Source: an uncultured Eubacteriales bacterium
GTDB taxonomy: Bacteria > Bacillota > Clostridia > Oscillospirales > CAG-272
DNA: 64,000 bases
Reading direction: 5' to 3'
Assembly: GCA_905210485.1 (NCBI GenBank)
Contig: CAJLXA010000003.1
Location: forward strand, 6,152 to 70,151
Shown piece after piece: positions 61,429-64,000 of the stretch (its first letter is position 1; each line of letters opens with the position of its first letter). A model generated the notes under the pieces. That model was not told the origin of the DNA and made no database searches. It saw only the letters and a program-made list of their open reading frames with translations. The translations under genes and the position numbers were made by a program.

Positions 61429-62705
61429 CAACGGAAAATATATATAAAGAAATGGGTATTTCGGAGGCGGTGTATCGCTTCGGCGAGGATATACTCGAAA
61501 AGTTGGTCGATCGCTTTCGCGGAATAGACGAAGTGGCGGAATACAATCAGCAGAAAGTGACGCTGGCCATGCATAAAAACCGCGTGGACGCGACCTGTTT
61601 TGCCGCGTCGACCGGGTATGGATACAATGACGCCGGACGCGATAAACTGGAACGCGTGTATGCCGATACGTTTCACACCGAAGCGGCGCTTGTGCGGCCG
61701 CAGATCACCTGCGGCACACATGCATTGGCAGTGGCGCTTTCGGCTAATCTGAGACCGGGGGACGAGCTTCTGTCGCCTGTCGGCAAACCCTATGATACGC
61801 TGGAAGAGGTCATCGGCATCCGTGATTCCAAATGTTCGCTGAAGGAATACGGCGTTACGTACCGTCAGGTCGATCTGACTCCGGACGGCGGTTTCGATTA
61901 CGACGCTATACGCGCCGCCATCAACGAAAAAACAAAACTGGTAACCATTCAGCGTTCAAAAGGGTACGCTACGCGAAAGACCTTTTCGGTTGCCGAGATC
62001 GGCGAACTGATTGCGTTTATAAAGAGCGTAAAACCCGGTCTTGTTTGTATGGTAGACAATTGCTACGGTGAATTTGTCGAGCGACAGGAGCCGAGCGATG
62101 TCGGCGCGGACATGATCGTCGGTTCGCTTATAAAGAATCCGGGCGGCGGACTTGCGCCGATCGGCGGCTATATCTGCGGCAAGCAGGAATGTATCGACCG
62201 TTGCGCCTATCGGTTGTCGGCACCCGGCCTCGGCCAGGAAGTCGGCGCCAGTCTTGGAGTTCTGACATCCTTTTATCAAGGCTTTTTCCTTGCGCCGACC
62301 GTTGTGGCCGGAGCGCTGAAAGGCGCGATATTTGCTGCCAATGTATATGCGCATTTCGGTTTCCATGTGGTTCCTGACGAGAAGGAATCGCGGCATGACA
62401 TTATTCAGGCGGTGGAACTCGGAACAAAGGAAGGGATGGTCGCTTTCTGCAAGGGAATACAGGCCGCGGCACCCGTTGACAGTTATGTTACGCCTGTCCC
62501 GTGGGCCATGCCCGGATACGACTCCGACGTCATCATGGCGGCCGGCGCTTTTGTACAGGGTTCTTCGATTGAACTTTCCGCAGACGGTCCTATCCGTCCG
62601 CCATACGCCGTTTATTTTCAGGGGGGACTTACGTTCTATCATGCCAAACTCGGTATTCTGATGTCCCTGCAGAAAATGCTTGACGCCGGACTTGTCCGTC
62701 TTTGA
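61425..62705 (+). CDS. ynbB: YnbB-type PLP-dependent C-S lyase family protein ('aluminium resistance' family)
   Basis: 426 aa. ...ASTGYGYNDAGRDKLERVYADTFHTEAALVRPQITCGTHAL...GSLIKNPGGGLAPIGGY (PLP-Lys context). Confidence 0.75.
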   Translation: MTTENIYKEMGISEAVYRFGEDILEKLVDRFRGIDEVAEYNQQKVTLAMHKNRVDATCFAASTGYGYNDAGRDKLERVYADTFHTEAALVRPQITCGTHALAVALSANLRPGDELLSPVGKPYDTLEEVIGIRDSKCSLKEYGVTYRQVDLTPDGGFDYDAIRAAINEKTKLVTIQRSKGYATRKTFSVAEIGELIAFIKSVKPGLVCMVDNCYGEFVERQEPSDVGADMIVGSLIKNPGGGLAPIGGYICGKQECIDRCAYRLSAPGLGQEVGASLGVLTSFYQGFFLAPTVVAGALKGAIFAANVYAHFGFHVVPDEKESRHDIIQAVELGTKEGMVAFCKGIQAAAPVDSYVTPVPWAMPGYDSDVIMAAGAFVQGSSIELSADGPIRPPYAVYFQGGLTFYHAKLGILMSLQKMLDAGLVRL

Positions 62706-62746
62706 TTTTAACATTATTGATTTTAACAATATAAGGAGAAAATATC

Positions 62747-63655
62747 GTGTCTTGGCTTGTACTTGCTTTAATTGCGCTTTTTTGCTGGAGCGGATCGGAT
62801 TTCTTTTCCAAACTCGGCTCACGTCCCGACGATAAATACAGTCATCTGAAAATGGTGATTGCCGTCGGCCTTGTCATGGGTATTCACGCTGTGATTTTGG
62901 TAGCGACAGGTAATGTTAAGTTTACATTTTCAGCAATCATCACCTATTTACCGGCATCGGTGCTGTATATTGCGGCCATGGTGATCGGTTACATAACGCT
63001 ACGCTATATCGAACTTTCGCTCTCGTCGCCGGTGTGCAATGCTTCGGGCGCCGTTGCGGCGGTGTTCTGCTTTGTTTTTCTGAAACAGACCATAGAAGGC
63101 ATGAATCTTATCGGCGTGATACTGGTTTGTGCCGGCGTTATTCTGCTCGGCGTGGTGGAATTTACGGAAAACGACGAAGCGCGCGCTTTGCGTCAGGAAA
63201 AATCCAACGTCAAATACGCGAAAAGCTTTGTGGCAATCCTGTTGCCGATCTTCTATTGTCTTATCGACGCGGCGGGCACCGTTGCCGACACCATCATTCT
63301 GGAAACGCTCGACGAAAATGTCGCCAATGTGGCGTATGAATTTACGTTTTTGTTTCTCGGTGTTCTTGCGGCGATTTATGTCTACGGCATTAAACGGGAA
63401 AAAGCGGAAATCCGCCGTGAATTGCCGAAACTTGCGGGCGGCGTTTGCGAAACGGCAGGGCAGCTTGCCTACATCAACGCTATTGCGCAGTATGCGGTCG
63501 GCGCGGCGCCGGTCATCTCAGCCTACTGTATGCTTTCCGTAATATGGAGCCATATTTTCCTCGGCGAAAAACTGTCGTGGAAGCATTATGCGACGATTGC
63601 CGTTGTGGTGGCCGGCATTGTCGTTCTCGGTGTGGCGGAAGGATTTGCCGAATAA
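62747..63655 (+). CDS. DMT-superfamily (EamA-type) transporter
   Basis: 302 aa with 10 predicted TM segments in two EamA-like halves. GTG start after AAGGAGA. Confidence 0.75.
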   Translation: MSWLVLALIALFCWSGSDFFSKLGSRPDDKYSHLKMVIAVGLVMGIHAVILVATGNVKFTFSAIITYLPASVLYIAAMVIGYITLRYIELSLSSPVCNASGAVAAVFCFVFLKQTIEGMNLIGVILVCAGVILLGVVEFTENDEARALRQEKSNVKYAKSFVAILLPIFYCLIDAAGTVADTIILETLDENVANVAYEFTFLFLGVLAAIYVYGIKREKAEIRRELPKLAGGVCETAGQLAYINAIAQYAVGAAPVISAYCMLSVIWSHIFLGEKLSWKHYATIAVVVAGIVVLGVAEGFAE

Positions 63656-63739
63656 GGATCCGGATAAAAACGAAAAACAAGGTTGTCGCAAAAGCGGCAG
63701 CCTTTTTCGATAAAATCGCAAAAAAGTCGGCAAAATTTC

Positions 63740-63768
63740 TTTACAAAGCAATAATTCTGTGTTACAAT
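63740..63768 (+). promoter_or_regulatory. Sigma-A-type promoter of galT
   Basis: TTTACA (63740-63745), 17-nt spacer, TGtTACAAT (63760-63768). Confidence 0.5.
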
Positions 63769-63823
63769 GTTGAAGTAATATACTATTTTATGCGCCGATA
63801 AATGCGCCTTGGGAGGAATCGCC

Positions 63824-64000
63824 TTGAATTCTATCTGTCTTACCGTCAAAAATCTCGTATCCTATGCTGTCCGCGAAGGACTTTCCGACGCGGCTGACGA
63901 AGTTTATCTTCGTAACCGTCTTCTTGATCTGTTACAACTGGATGATTACACGGAGCCGGACACCGTGAAAGAACAATCTCTTGAAGAAATGCTGTCCGAT
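63824..64000 (+). CDS. galT: Galactose-1-phosphate uridylyltransferase (type 2), first 59 codons (runs off window)
   Basis: Not in the track because it is open at the edge. The TTG start follows GGGAGGA. My translation MNSICLTVKNLVSYAVREGLSDAADEVYLRNRLLDLLQLDDYTEP resembles the Firmicutes GalT N-terminus (...L..Y......L....D..Y.RN.LL..L.L..). Confidence 0.6.
   Translation, partial: MNSICLTVKNLVSYAVREGLSDAADEVYLRNRLLDLLQLDDYTEPDTVKEQSLEEMLSD

Overview
This is a 64-kb chromosomal window from a moderate-GC Firmicutes genome that looks Clostridia-like. Supporting signs are sporulation-linked genes (spoVB-like, cwlD-like, ricT), a split transketolase, and T-box and PyrR-type leaders. Most of the window is tightly packed core genome. 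It holds ylxR-nusA-rimP, a DUF512 radical-SAM gene with der and obg, tkt N/C, wecB and mnmG. It also holds an amino-sugar operon (LbH acetyltransferase-glmM-glmS), an ArsR/HMA/P1B-ATPase metal-efflux module and a T-box-controlled thrS. Further on are rsmI-trmN6-ferredoxin-ricT-holB, rpsF-ssb-rpsR, tmRNA, cwlD, radA, tRNA-Ser(CGA), comEB, glcK, yajC, a pyrP with an attenuator, an AbrB-like gene coupled to ynbB, a DMT transporter and the 5' end of galT. The stand-out is a 13.9-kb, seven-gene, single-promoter, single-terminator cluster at 44716-58624. It encodes a 1124-aa secreted binding protein with CBM-like modules and two complete ABC permease pairs, but no ATPase. Between the pairs sit a 728-aa NHL-propeller/TPR/Yip1 membrane fusion and a 1446-aa protein that I recall only as DUF5696-like. 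No regulator or recognisable glycoside hydrolase is present. I consider this the best candidate for an uncharacterised system. Secondary points: a membrane-anchored protein with four YegP-like repeats; a strongly promoted 43-aa acidic peptide gene; a 375-nt unexplained leader ahead of a lipoyl-less E2-like acyltransferase; two multiply-lesioned pseudogenes; a possible degraded islet next to tmRNA; and a start-codon tandem repeat. A 57-aa ferredoxin falls below the ORF-track cutoff. Many long antisense ORFs in the track are codon-register shadows of real genes. All calls rest on by-eye motif recognition only, with no searches run.
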